DNA of 32,000 nucleotides from Paramicrosporidium saccamoebae KSL3 (GCA_002794465.1 MTSL01000105.1:1-32000), one strand, 5' to 3'. Counted from the stretch's first letter, positions 1 through 11,488 are shown. Program-made: numbers and translations. Notes: a model not told the origin generated them from the letters alone.

Positions 1-129
1 TTTGTTCACTGCTAATCCTAGAATTGTATGGATACAAATCTCACTGCCCTCAGATACCCAGCAAAGCGATCCACTCTAGCACACAAATACCCAACCAATC
101 AATCCTCTGCCTCTGCCTCTACGTCACAA
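1..129 (-). repeat. Dispersed intergenic repeat, copy 1 (runs off the left edge of the window)
   Basis: The reverse complement of 1-110 matches 31113-31222 with 6 mismatches. Homology extends to ccTCTACGTCACAA at 116-129, with an extra (cagagg)2 in this copy. Confidence 0.9.
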
Positions 130-178
130 CCATACCACATACCGCACGGGAATCTTATAGTCTCAGGACACTATACAA

Positions 179-1807
179 CTAGGACCATGCTTCTATTTGT
201 AGTCGATTATCTCTGGTTAGCTTTGCGGGGAGGTTGGGATCATTGGTAATTTCTACAATAGTCTTTTTGATTAGGGCCGGCAGCTTGCTATTGCCTGCCA
301 CGTAGACATATGCTCCTTCTTGTAAGAGCTTCTTTAGCATCTCACCGTTGCGTCGGAGCAGCTCGTCAAGGTGTTTTCGTGCACCCGGTAGATCCCGTGA
401 TCCAAGCGCAGCAATTGTTAGAGCGGGATAGCGTGGCCATTCGTCCCGGTAGTGGAAATCGTGTTCAAGGTAGCGACAGCCAAAGAACAGGAATTTCGGA
501 TTGGTCGGACAGTGTTGGATAATGGCTCGCATGGGGGCAATACCAGTGCCACCAGCAATCAGAATCAACGGAGTTTCACATGGAGGAAGGGTCCAATTCC
601 CCTTTCGGACGTCAATAGAGACAGAACTGCCGATGGGAAGAGGGGCCAGCCATCTTGAGCAGACTCCGAGGCGGGGGGTTGTGAGGTTTGTGCGATACTC
701 CACCATTGCCGCCGTAATGTGCACCTCGTCTGGATGCATCCTGGAGGAGGATGAAATGGAATATTCACGTGGTCGCAGCACCGGGAACAAGTCGAAAATG
801 TACTCTATCGACACTGTGGCGGCAAAGTCCCGAAGCACTTCTGCGGGTGTTCTTTTGGGTCTATAGACATAGTCTAAATAAAGATCAATGCCCTCTGCAG
901 ATGACAATTCAGCCAATTTTTCCCCATGTAATTCATCAACGGTCATTTGGGAGAGAATTTGGAAAAATATGCGCTTGGGTGGTGCAACAATGTCCAAATG
1001 GTACTTGAACAAGGATCGGATGGATATGGGATTTGTAGTAGGGATCCTTACCTCTGATCGCAAAGCAGTAACATGATAAACCTTGTCCTCCCACTTTAAT
1101 ATCTCGAGCAGCTCATCAACTAGCTTGTCAGAATTAACGGGCTTTAGGACAGCCACATCGCCGGGAACCATGGGACTGTAGTCGTCACATTTAAACACCA
1201 AATGACGGACATTTTGGAAATGCGACTCGGTGGTGATCCGTCGATTTTCAGTAAGCACCGAGTTATATTTCAAGGGAAAAAGTTGACCTTCCTTGGTGGC
1301 AGGACTGAGACGCACTTTAGGAGTATATTCCAAGATTGGATCGAGGGGCCACGCCAGCGTGTTGTAAAAGTACTCCCACAATGTGGCGCTCCAGGGAACA
1401 TAGGCACCATCAATACCCAGCGGATGTTGCTCGTCTGCATCCGCCCGTTCCGTGATAAACTGTGCTCCAAGTTGTTCCAGACGTCTGTACAGTCGTTTAC
1501 CCACATAGTTGAATTTCTCATACGACGAGTCTCCCAGTCCAAATACTGCACAATGCATATTATCTAGATTGGGATGGCTTTTCCGTAGCAAATCATGCCA
1601 GAAGGAATGCATCGTTGTGGGTGCTTCGCCATCACCGGTGGTAGAGACAAAGAAAACCACCATCTCCTCCTTTTCAATATTGCCACCGTATTCGTCCACC
1701 GACAACACGCTATACTGGATCTTCCGTCGATATGCTTCTGTTGCGAAACGCTCTGCATATTCCTGTGCAGTTCCCGACTGACTTGCATAGAGCACTTGTA
1801 GCTGCAT
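179..1807 (-). CDS. NDOR1: NADPH-dependent diflavin oxidoreductase 1 (Tah18/NDOR1 family)
   Basis: Flavodoxin motifs VLYASQSGTAQEYA, FFVSTTGDGEAP and VFGLGDSSYEKFN; FAD motif RPREYSISSS; NADPH motif IAGGTGIAPMRA; C-terminal EAWS; no membrane anchor (unlike CPR). Confidence 0.9.
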   Translation of the reverse strand: MQLQVLYASQSGTAQEYAERFATEAYRRKIQYSVLSVDEYGGNIEKEEMVVFFVSTTGDGEAPTTMHSFWHDLLRKSHPNLDNMHCAVFGLGDSSYEKFNYVGKRLYRRLEQLGAQFITERADADEQHPLGIDGAYVPWSATLWEYFYNTLAWPLDPILEYTPKVRLSPATKEGQLFPLKYNSVLTENRRITTESHFQNVRHLVFKCDDYSPMVPGDVAVLKPVNSDKLVDELLEILKWEDKVYHVTALRSEVRIPTTNPISIRSLFKYHLDIVAPPKRIFFQILSQMTVDELHGEKLAELSSAEGIDLYLDYVYRPKRTPAEVLRDFAATVSIEYIFDLFPVLRPREYSISSSSRMHPDEVHITAAMVEYRTNLTTPRLGVCSRWLAPLPIGSSVSIDVRKGNWTLPPCETPLILIAGGTGIAPMRAIIQHCPTNPKFLFFGCRYLEHDFHYRDEWPRYPALTIAALGSRDLPGARKHLDELLRRNGEMLKKLLQEGAYVYVAGNSKLPALIKKTIVEITNDPNLPAKLTRDNRLQIEAWS

Positions 1808-1892
1808 CTAATGATAAACGATTTTCATTTTTTTAAATGTCTTGATTTTTGATTGGTGGGGCTTGGCGGTTGGCGGCAATCTCACAGTGACG

Positions 1893-4391
1893 ATGGGCCT
1901 AACTTCAGCAAACGAGACGCCCCGTCAGTTTTTGTTGGGGAATAGGGATGAAAACTCCAGACTGTCGGGGATATCGGGAATATCGGCGCTGCCGGGAATG
2001 GCCGGATTGTCAGGAACACCCGGAACACCGGGAACACCGACTCCGTTCCACGACAGTGCGCGCAAGTCCATTGCCGCTCAGGGCATCAAGGAACACGAAA
2101 GAGTACGGCCATGGGACACTTTGGAATGCGTAGATTATTGAGGAACTGAGGGCAGAAGTCTTTGATATCCGGATGAAGCTGTACCGAACAGAAAAGGACG
2201 CGCGTGATCAGGCGCCCGAGAATGTAAAAAATGTCCTTGCTGAGGTTGTCAATAGAGTAATGATTGATTTTGTAGAACGACACTCTAAAGGCCAATAATG
2301 AGGCACTGCAAGTGGAAATTCGTTCTCTAAAGGAGCTTCTGATTGAGGCACAAAATGGAATTGAGGTGGCACGTCGGAACCATTCCAATCAGTAGGAAAT
2401 CCATTGGGTCTAATATTGTGCAGAGCGGATTTTGAGTCTGAAGTGGGGCGGATGGCCCAGGAGTTGGAGTTGACTCGTCAGCAACTGCTTCGCACGCAGG
2501 AACGTAACAAGGAATACGAACACCAAATGGAGCTCTTTGACAATGAAAGTCGACAGTATCGGAAATGTTGGAGGCGACTATAATTTGTAGAAATCATTTA
2601 AAGGTGAAAAAGCTGGAGCTGGAATGTCTGGGATTGGAGAAGAAGCTGGCCGACTTTGGCGACAAGATGGAAAAACAGATGGAAGAGATTAACGATCTGA
2701 ATGGAGAGCTTTCCGTCAAAAATGGACTGATCGACACCCTAAAGGGCGAGATGAGCAGCCTGCACAAGGAGATGGAAATGTTGATGCGCCAGAACCAGGA
2801 GCTGGATGCCAAACTACGTATTGCCGAATCAGAGCGTGATCAGGTCCGATCCGACATTAACCCGTTGCGTCGTCTTGAACAACTGGCAGCCCCCGGATCA
2901 CCTCGGAGTTCCATGGATGTGATGGAATCAAGACTGATCCGAGAAGTGGGACACACATCCAAGCAGTTGGAGGTGTTGGCCAAGACGCACGCTCTGTCAC
3001 AGTCGGAGAAGGAACAGTTAGCCGACTCTACTCGACGTCTCACCACTGAACTCAATTTGTCGCTCCGAGGGATTATGGAGATTTTGGAGACAATTGCCAT
3101 CAAAACGGGTGTGGCTGCCAATGTCAATGCCCACGATGTCACTCTTGAAGTGGCCATCAAGGAGCTAGAAAAGTTGTGCTCTGCCCTGTTGAATGAGTAT
3201 GAGAGCTTGAAGAGGGAAAAGGATGTAAATGCTGCTGAATTAAAGGCCACCGTGGACCAACTTGTCACTCTAAAATCACAGACTGAGAGGGCCCGCGATC
3301 AATGCCGTAATGCCACCGAATCGCTCTCTATGGTGGAGGGTGAGCTGGAAGTCACCCGCTCAGCTCTAACCAAAACACGCCAAGAACAGGCACTGTTGGA
3401 GAAGCGACTGCAATCCTATGACGAATTTGAGCTGCCAAAGTATCGCGAACAATGTGTGACCCTGCAAGAGTCAGTAAAGACATTGGAGCAGGAATTGGAG
3501 GAGCGTGAAAATCGCATTGTTGGCTACAAGAATGAGCTTGCAAAGATGCGCATGCATTGCACGCAGCTGGAGGAGAATGCCACCAAAACATCCGTTGATT
3601 CGCGCACCCTACATGAAGAAATTGTGCAGCTGAGGACTGCCAAACAGGACCTGCTCAAGATGTTGGAGAAGCAGGAGAATTTGTCAGTGGAGGCAAGTCG
3701 ACGACTGGAGGATGCGAAACAGCAATTGGCACAGGCTGAACGCACTAAACAGGCTGTTGAGGAGAACATGAGCAAGGAAGTGCGCACCCTCCACCTAGCA
3801 AACTCGGAGCTGCGTTCGCAACTAGCGGCGGCGTCCAGTGGTAAGAATACCAACGAGGATAGGATGGCAAGACTGCAGACAAACCTGCGGTATGTGGAGC
3901 AGTCAAATGAGGAGCTGTTGAAGAAACTGCAGGCAAAGGATGCAACATACAGTGCGTTGCTCCGTGAGCGCGAACTGCTCGCCGTGGAAAAGCAGACGCT
4001 TGAACGGGAATTGGCCGACGGACAAGGAAGCATTAAGAGTCTGGAGGCAGAGGTGGCTCGACTGAAGCGGGCCGACATCCATGCGCGTAGAGGTCATGAT
4101 GGAGCTGAACACTTGCAAGCCAAGATTGACAGTCTCAGCAGTATGAATATCTTCCTCAAGTCGCAAATTGAGTCCAAGGAAACGACGGTCCGTGACCTGG
4201 AAGACAAGCTGCGTCATCAGGACGGAGCCATCCGTCAGGCCTATGCCGACTGTGAATTGCAGCACCAAAAGATTAAGAAGCGCGAAATGGTCATTAGTCG
4301 GGTGTTGAAGCGACTGGAGAATATTAATGCAGTGGCCGGTTTGGGTTTCGATGAGCCCGAATCTGCGATGGATGAGAATGCGCGTTTTTGA
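1893..4391 (+). CDS. Centrosomin-motif-1 (CM1) coiled-coil protein, gamma-tubulin complex receptor-like (Mto1/Pcp1/CDK5RAP2 type); exons 1893-2102, 2134-2244, 2276-2391, 2424-2555, 2591-4391 (789 aa)
   Basis: Four GT-AG introns (31, 31, 32, 35 nt) restore one open frame. The spliced sequence IKEHERIIEELRAEVFDIRMKLYRTEK...VLAENDTLKANNEALQVEIRSLKELL fits the two-helix CM1 pattern and is followed by a long heptad coiled coil. Confidence 0.7.
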
Positions 4392-4417
4392 TTGACATTG
4401 AGTTTGAGATAAATAAT

Positions 4418-4476
4418 AGTTGATTCTGTCATTGTGGTGCATGGTAGAGTGGATTGCTTAGCTGGGTCTTTAAGGG
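4418..4476 (+). repeat. Decayed partial copy of the dispersed repeat
   Basis: 4445-4476 tagagtggattgcttagctgggtctttaaggg matches 27/32 with either full copy; gttgatt and tggtg are also shared upstream. Confidence 0.6.
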
Positions 4477-4501
4477 TGTGTCGCTATCCTGTTAGTATAG
4501 T

Positions 4502-4613
4502 ATCCCATTATTATAGCATCCCATTATTATAGCATCCCGTTATTATGGCATCCCGTTATTATGGCATCCCGTTATTATGGCATCCCGTTATTATAGCACC
4601 CTGTTATTATAAC
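4502..4613. repeat. 16-bp minisatellite x7 (atcccRttattatRgc)
   Basis: Seven contiguous units starting at 4502, 4518, 4534, 4550, 4566, 4582 and 4598 (last one degenerate). Confidence 0.95.
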
Positions 4614-4711
4614 CCCCTACGACTCCTGCTATAGTATTCTGCTGTTATAGTCATCATTATAATGTGCCGTTGACTTCTAGGACCAGGCAGCCAATGAAAA
4701 ATCAACCGATA

Positions 4712-4757
4712 ATCCCATAGATAACGATGCCCAATTTCCGGAGCCGCAGCTATAAAA
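4712..4757 (+). promoter_or_regulatory. U2 promoter: TATAAAA at about -31 and a TCCCA-containing upstream element at about -70
   Basis: tataaaa at 4751-4757; atcccatagat at 4712-4722 loosely resembles the plant snRNA USE RTCCCACATCG. The TATA box is more certain than the USE-like element. Confidence 0.55.
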
Positions 4758-4781
4758 GAGCCGGGGTAGCCGGACCAGGCT

Positions 4782-4962
4782 ATCCTCTCAAGCCTTTTGG
4801 CTTAGATCAAGTGTAGTATCTGTTCTTATCAGTTTGAAAACTGGTATGTCCCCACTGGGGACAACGTTTTCGAGCTAATTTTTTGCGGGGTCGGCTGAAC
4901 TGCTTGCAGTTGGTCGGCCACCGGTGTCCTTGGCATTGCAGTACCGCCATGCGACGCCGAAT
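4782..4962 (+). ncRNA. U2: U2 spliceosomal snRNA
   Basis: GCCTTTTGGCTTAGATCAAGTGTAGTATCTGTTCTT (branch-point recognition GTGTAGTA at 4811-4818); stem IIa tatcag/ctggta; stem IIb tgtcccc/ggggaca; Sm site AATTTTTTG at 4877-4885; stem IV loop ATTGCAGTACC. The 3' end is approximate. Confidence 0.97.
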
Positions 4963-5381
4963 GCATATATAACAAAATGAATTCCATAGCAAAGTAGTGG
5001 TGTGAGTCGGGTATGTGGTGCGCTCGTATTGTGCAGTCACCAGCGTTCTGTGGCTGCGTTATGCAGAGAGTACCATGGTTGTTCCTCTTGTGGTTACACC
5101 TTTACAACACCATGCTAGGCTGTACCTTTATTAACGCCGTTGTCACTCTATGGGATTGATTATATAAACGCCTTCCTAAATGAAGCACTTAGTATTTTCA
5201 TAGGATGATATAGTATTGCCACAATTCCGCTACTTTACCCCCTCTATCCCCTCCCTACCCGTTTACTCCCCTATTCCCCATTACACCACTGCCACCATGA
5301 CTCATTTGCCAGCTATGGTAGTGCTGGCAATCAGATTGACAGCAAGATTTAAATTGAGAATCGCCCCAATCCAGCTCAACC

Positions 5382-6986
5382 ATGTTGGCAAGAATAGTGC
5401 TCCTTTCATCGCTAGGATTGTTGTCTGCATTGCGCTTCAATGACTTGTCCAGCGGCAAGGACACCATAGCAAAGGGCCAAATCCAAGCAGGAAAGACCTT
5501 GCAGGTCACGGGAGGAGGTACAGTCAACCTGACTCTAGACAAAAAGATGCAGATGATAACAACGGGGAATGCATGGACAGCAGTGGTGCGAAACGGCCGG
5601 GTCATTGTGCTGCAACGCGGCGATGTGGAAAACAAAATGGTCGTCCAGGCAGGCGATATTGTGTTGGTGGACATTACGGAAAACTCGACGTCAGCGCTGG
5701 CAAACTTTGGGAATGTGGAGGACAAGGATGTGGGAAAGATTGTCGAGGAGATGGGAGGTGAAGTTCACGGAACAACCATTTTGACAGAGGAGGCATACAA
5801 ATCCCTTCTCCGACGAAAGGCACTCCGCAAAAAGGCTATACCCAATACCCTCCAACTCGAAAATCCACAAGTGCTGGTCCGAACCGAAGTGATCAAGCGT
5901 CCCAACGGCTTCTTTGCTCGGAATTCCAAGGGATACGTCCAGCTGGCAATGACCCCGAAAAATGAGATTCAGGCAACAGGAGTCAATGTACATTTGGCTG
6001 TACGGCGTCAAGGGGGAGGAGGCGTCGAGACATTCCCCACACTAGACGAGTCACCCAACGCCATGTGCAAATTTGCAGACATTGAAACGAGCATTCTAGT
6101 GCATCCGGGAGATCTTTTGGCTGTGACAATTCCGAATACGCAAACCGAAGTGTCCCAGGCAAAGTTTACAGCGCTGTTTGAGGCGGGAGTGAAGGGTAAC
6201 AAAAGAGAATCGATGAAGCATTTGCTGGAAGAACAGGAACTTTCCATTGTGCTGTTCGATGTGAGTACCATTGCTAGTAAAATCGGAGAAGCCAAAGAGA
6301 CAGGGAATCAATTGAAGACGAGCAACAAGGAGGTCAAGGAAACCAAAGACCAATCAGAAAACAATCGAGAGGAGGGGAGCAGGAAGCGAAAGAGAGAGGA
6401 AAAGGCAGAGGTAGAGGTAGAGGCGGTGGAGACTAGCGCAAAGAGAAGAAAGACACGCTCACGTACATCATCTACCAATCTGGTGGAAAATACCATTTTG
6501 CCCATAGCAGCCACGACTGCTGCTCTCACCACTACTACAACCAGCACTGCTCAGTCCCAGCCTCTGATCTCGACGCAGAATGTGACAAATGAAGTATCTG
6601 TACCGGGAGAGAAAATTATCAATGAAAGTGTACCGACTCTGCAAACTTCTCAATGGCCCCAGGAGAGCGTGATGGACGAAATGTTTACCCATTTTGAAGG
6701 GGTAAGTGACCAGAAGGCTCAGCTGGCGGTACAGCCCATCGAACTCGCACTTCCAACTGCAAAGCCGCAGGAGGAGAAATTCAAGGTACCGACGTCCCGT
6801 CCCAGAAAAACGCCCGCCAGTATCCGAGCCAGCGCCCGTCCTAACACTTCTCATCCAAGTCAACCCCGATCCAATGAACGCCCAAAGCCAGAATCGGCTC
6901 CACCCTTTGCATCGCGGGCCGTATACTTTAGTCCCACCTTGAAAAATCTCGTTCGAGACAAGACTAATGAGAAACGTCGCAAATAA
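5382..6986 (+). CDS. Orphan 534-aa protein: signal peptide, two related beta-rich domains, disordered tail with NLS-like clusters
   Basis: Long intronless ORF; hydrophobic N-terminus MLARIVLLSSLGLLSA; RKRKR (6381-6395), KRRK (6441-6452) and terminal EKRRK; TATA-like tatataaa near 5161. No family recognised. Confidence 0.8.
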   Translation: MLARIVLLSSLGLLSALRFNDLSSGKDTIAKGQIQAGKTLQVTGGGTVNLTLDKKMQMITTGNAWTAVVRNGRVIVLQRGDVENKMVVQAGDIVLVDITENSTSALANFGNVEDKDVGKIVEEMGGEVHGTTILTEEAYKSLLRRKALRKKAIPNTLQLENPQVLVRTEVIKRPNGFFARNSKGYVQLAMTPKNEIQATGVNVHLAVRRQGGGGVETFPTLDESPNAMCKFADIETSILVHPGDLLAVTIPNTQTEVSQAKFTALFEAGVKGNKRESMKHLLEEQELSIVLFDVSTIASKIGEAKETGNQLKTSNKEVKETKDQSENNREEGSRKRKREEKAEVEVEAVETSAKRRKTRSRTSSTNLVENTILPIAATTAALTTTTTSTAQSQPLISTQNVTNEVSVPGEKIINESVPTLQTSQWPQESVMDEMFTHFEGVSDQKAQLAVQPIELALPTAKPQEEKFKVPTSRPRKTPASIRASARPNTSHPSQPRSNERPKPESAPPFASRAVYFSPTLKNLVRDKTNEKRRK

Positions 6987-7174
6987 TACGATAATAAAGA
7001 GTACATTAGTAAATTGAAGAAAATTGGAAGTGTAACGAGCAATAAATATCTCTAATCACCTCTACAACTCTCATCCCTGACCACATTAATAATCACATCC
7101 CTACCCCCTACCTCCCTACCCACACCTACCATCCATAATACCCATCATCACAACTACATTCATATCGCGTCTAT

Positions 7175-10100
7175 TTATTGGTCAAAGAAAGAAGCCAAAT
7201 CCAAATTAATTTCGGGTTGCAACTTGAGCTTATTCAGCACCACAAGTCTATCAGGCAGTCGGGGCAACACCGAGGTGATTCCGGTGGCAGAGAGGGCCTG
7301 TTGTTGCAACGGCCGTACCAATGTCGCCCGTACATGACTGCGCTGTTGTTTGGTTGTGCCAGGAGCATTCTTAAAGTAATTACACAGATTCTATAGATTG
7401 TTAATGACAAAATGGCCGTTTACCTGAGGAATGGTGGTGCCAGGTAGGATGGCATGAATTTGTCGATCCATGGCATCATAGCCCAAAACCAATTGCCATT
7501 TGCAGAATTCCGTCAATGCGGCAGTGACAACGGGATGATGGTCGCCCAATTGGGTGGAGGAGAGGGCGGCAAGGAGGGCGGCCAGAATAGGACCAAAAAG
7601 CGTCTCATGCAGGACCGCCCGTTCCATCAACAGGGGCAGCCATCGCATCAGAATGGACAGCGTCTTTCCCAATGTGAGAGCGGCCTTCCAACGCAGCATG
7701 GCAGCAAGGAGCAGCACAATCTTGGGACAGAGAACTTCATCGCTGATGAGCATGCGGGCGAGGGGCGAATGAGAGGGTTCCGGGACGGGACGACGGGCTG
7801 AATCACGCAGAGCAACAATATCAAGGACGGGGTCGGTGCGTTTATCGCGCTCACTGACAGGACACAGCACATCATACAAAAGAGTCAACAGAGCATTGGT
7901 GGCTGCGGTAAGCAGCGTTTCCAATGCCGTCTCCATGCGCAATTCCGCCTGATCGGCCTGGGCCCGGAAAAAGGTTTGCCAGGCTGCCTCCAGCTGGACC
8001 AGTCCAAACCGCTCCACCAACAGGAGCATTGATGGTTGGGATGGCTGCACATTCGAAGCCAAAAACATGGGAGCTGCCAAATGTTTCGTCAATAATGTCC
8101 ATTGGGTGATGGAAAAGGCATTGCAATTGGCAAAGACTGGTTCCAGGGCTCCACCCAATGCGGAACTGCCCAATGTGCCAAAAAGTCCAAAATTCATATA
8201 AGCAGAGACGCGTAGCATGTAAAACCATCCCCGCAGACTTTTTGTGGAAACAGTGTCCATACTGTCGGCCATGGCCTCGGCATCCAACAGTTTTTCTGTC
8301 GCCGGCACATCGCCCGCCAAGGCGTCTTCACCAAACACGGCATCCCAACGCTCGGGAAAGGCGGAATTGCGGCGGTCATAGGCTGAATGCACCACAGCAA
8401 TCATCTGCGTCAATGCGGCAATGGCAGGGGGGACGAATTGGTTAATGAGCGTTCGGATGTCTCCAGCAATAGCCAATTTCTTCAATTGCGTCAACACGAC
8501 ATATAGCAGTGAATTAATGTTCATCAAATGTTGGCGATATTCAGCCGCAGCTGGCGTCTCTCTGGGAATCAATTCAGCAAATCCTGCACGCTCCAACAAC
8601 ACCTCCAATGACGGAGGTGCCAATGTCGTCAATGCCTCGGCCACAGGACCTAATACCAATCGCACTAATTCCACGCGCTGCATTGAGCCCTCCATACAGC
8701 CCGCAATGATCAATAGCATTTCAGTGAACAATCGTCTTTCCCGCAGAGTGGAGGTTTGACGGAATAGTCCTGCAATATAATCGAGGGCGGGAAGGAAGAG
8801 GGTGGGTTGGACGTGACAAACCCGCAGTATTGTTGTTCCTGCCCGCGCCGTAATCGCAAAGGTCATCGATGGTGTTTTGTCAATAGGCCAATTCGCTGCG
8901 GATGGCACTGTATAGGAAAGTGTCAGGGAAAACAGTTGTTGCATCAGAGGCACAAAAATGGCCGATTGAACCATTCCCAATGCGGGAATCAGAGTGCGCA
9001 TTGCCACAAACCACAAATACAATGTCTCTGGATGCATAGTGTTCACATTATCGGGACAGAGTACTGTGCCCAACTGTTTCACTCCCTCGGCCACATTTTC
9101 CATCTCCAACCGTCCCAAACACGCCTTTAATACACAATCCGTTGCATGCATCAGGGCATCCCATTGACGTAATCCCACTGTTCCCAAATCTGCACTCAGT
9201 CCGGTGGGTCGCTCGGCGAGGAATGTGCTAATGGCACCCGAGCAGAACTGCAACAGTGTGGCGGGATGATGGATTGCAATCTGTCGCAATAGTTCCATCG
9301 TGCGGTTTTGATGGGTGGAAAAGAGGGCCTCGAAATCCCTCTCTGCCTCCGTGTCTCCTTCGTCGTCTTCAAAATCATCGCGATTGTAGGGGACACGACG
9401 GCGTTCCTCGTCCTTGTTCTGGGCCAATGTCACCAGTGCATAGAGAAAGACACTCGATAGACGCGCCGTCATGGCCGGATGGGTCATAATCTTTTCATTC
9501 TTTGCCACCGAATTCCAGAACAAACCTCCAACGCTTGACACTACCAGCAGACTTGGAAAGTTGGACAGTTGTAGTAATACATCCAACACTGCATCCAATC
9601 GACTTGGAACACATGTTGCCTTCTTGTGTCCCATATGTGTTGCTGCCATTGTCACAAATACATCCGCCAGACGCTTAAAGTGTTCATATCCATCCGCACT
9701 GGTGGCGAATATTCCCAAAAGGGTCCGCACATCATCCACAATCGCATCAAACACGTTTGGCATCACATCGGCCTCTTGCGGACGACTCGTCCGTCCCGCA
9801 AACGTCAGCAACACATCCAATGCCGTTGATGTCAATTCTCCACTTTGTTGGGCAATCTTTAGTATTCCCCGCAGACATCCAATCACCGTCGTCTTTTCCA
9901 AAATCGTCCATAAGGATATGGAGCCAAAGGCTTCCATAAGACTCTCTAATAACGGCTTCATCAGTCGCATCTCCCCTGCACTCCATCCCGAACAATGCGG
10001 CAATAAGGCTGAAATCCGTTGCATCATCTGTGGCAGTACTACTGCTAGTGCCTTTTGCAGTTCAGGACGACGAGTGTCATCCCAAATCAGCTTCTCACTA

Positions 10101-10627
10101 CTGCCCTCCCGGGGATGGATTTCGTCAACAACCATCCGCGCCATCAGTAGTCCCATTTCGGTCCGAACCACCACTGTCGCATCCTGTTCCAACATTGTGC
10201 CCTGTTCTGTCACCAACTGCAACAGTTTGTCGAAAAAGTCGGGCCAGTATTGTGGCCAAATGCGCATTGCCAGCTGCGCCACCAGCATTGCCGTTTTGTC
10301 TTGCATCAGTCGACGTTCCTCTGGTCGTACCGCCACAACCAACGCCAACAGCGACCACACTCCCTCTCGCAATGTCTCTGCCTCTCCCACCACCAGTCGC
10401 GTCCGTACAAACGTCTCCAGTACATTCAGCCCGAATAGTCGCGCCGACAACGGCATTTCAATGGTGGCCAGCTGAAAGCCTAGCTGCGGCGCCTGGGGAT
10501 GCGTCTTGACGCATTCACACAGTGTGTGTGCCGTCGTCCGCACCTCTGTCGACGAGGATGGGTCCAGGATGACCCGTACAGCCTCCACCACCGACTCGAG
10601 ACGGATTTGCTCCCCTTCGCCCATCAT
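7175..10627 (-). CDS. XPO5: Exportin-5/Msn5-like karyopherin; exons 10627-7424 and 7390-7175 (1139 aa)
   Basis: N-terminus VEAVRVILDPSSSTEVRTTAHTLCECVK, LFGLNVLETFVR, LAMRIWPQYWPDFF, then HEAT-like helices. A 33-nt intron GTAAAC...CTATAG extends the frame to LDLASFFDQ*. Confidence 0.8.
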
Positions 10628-10817
10628 ACAATTTTTCTCAATTTCTTTTTCCTTTTCTTTCTTTCTCAGTCGCAAAACACAATCTATTGCATCTTGTTAG
10701 TCTATTCCCTGACTCTATCAGTAGAGACGCATTGATGGTTGTTCTGATGGCCCTGTCAATGACTCCCCGATGGCCTCACTAATCTATTTCTACCGAACCC
10801 TTTCTCAAGAGCCCTGG

Positions 10818-11147
10818 ATGGAATCCTTTGAGCTGCGCAAGCTGCGCGCATGCATGGTCTGCAGCGCCTTGCGCACCTTTGACCAGTTCCGAGAGTCAGG
10901 TTGTCCCAACTGCGAGTCATTTCTCGGTCTGCGCGATTCCGTGGACCGTATAGTCGACTGCACCAGTACGCTATGGAGTGGCACCGTTGGTGTTGTGCGT
11001 CCTGAGGGTAGTTGGGTTGTGCGGTGGCAACGGGCCGAGGGTCGAGGTGTTGGATTGTATGCCGTAAAGGTGGTGGGTCGACTGCCCGAAGAAGTCTTGG
11101 AAGTGTTGGAAAGTCGTGGTATCCGACCCGTCGTCAGCGACAGTTGA
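10818..11147 (+). CDS. SPT4: Transcription elongation factor Spt4
   Basis: LRACMVCSALRTFDQFRESGCPNCE zinc motif, DCTSTLWSG, SWVVRWQ, GLYAVKVVGRLP. The ATG at 10818 is preferred over 10770. Confidence 0.95.
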   Translation: MESFELRKLRACMVCSALRTFDQFRESGCPNCESFLGLRDSVDRIVDCTSTLWSGTVGVVRPEGSWVVRWQRAEGRGVGLYAVKVVGRLPEEVLEVLESRGIRPVVSDS

Positions 11148-11159
11148 ATTAGACATTTG

Positions 11160-11475
11160 TTATATATATATATGAAATTTACATGTAATGTATAGTGCGG
11201 TGTGGCACGTGTGTAATGTGTGGTGTGCGTAATGTGTGATGTGTGTAATGTATGTAATGTGTTTATATCCGAGGTGTGTCACAAGGACAATTGCTATATC
11301 CGAGGCGTGTCATACATGTGAAATTTATTATGTAACCATTGGATATATATATATAATTTGCTACATCAACCTTGGATAACCAACGTCAAATATATGTGAA
11401 ATTTGCTACATCAACCTTGGATAATCAACCTTGGGTAATCAATCTTGGGTAATCAACGTCAGATATATGTGCAAT
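11160..11475. repeat. AT/GT-rich patchwork of nested short duplications between convergent genes
   Basis: Two (TA)n runs, several gtaatgt units, tatatccgaggYgtgtca x2, aatttgctacatcaaccttggataa x2, caaYcttggRtaa x4. Confidence 0.85.
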
Positions 11476-11488
11476 TTAGAGAGTTGGG

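Noticed and set aside
28-249. 73-aa ORF at the window start
   Set aside because: Runs through the dispersed repeat and overlaps the NDOR1 3' end; no protein features.
9471-10475. 334-aa + strand ORF (also 15378-16256, 11431-12057, 3903-4442 and similar)
   Set aside because: Antisense shadows of well-supported genes with no recognisable motifs.
10628-10675. Basic N-terminal extension MRLRKKEKEKE of the exportin ORF
   Set aside because: Begins at TTG in a purine-rich leader; the ATG at 10627 matches the exportin N-terminus.
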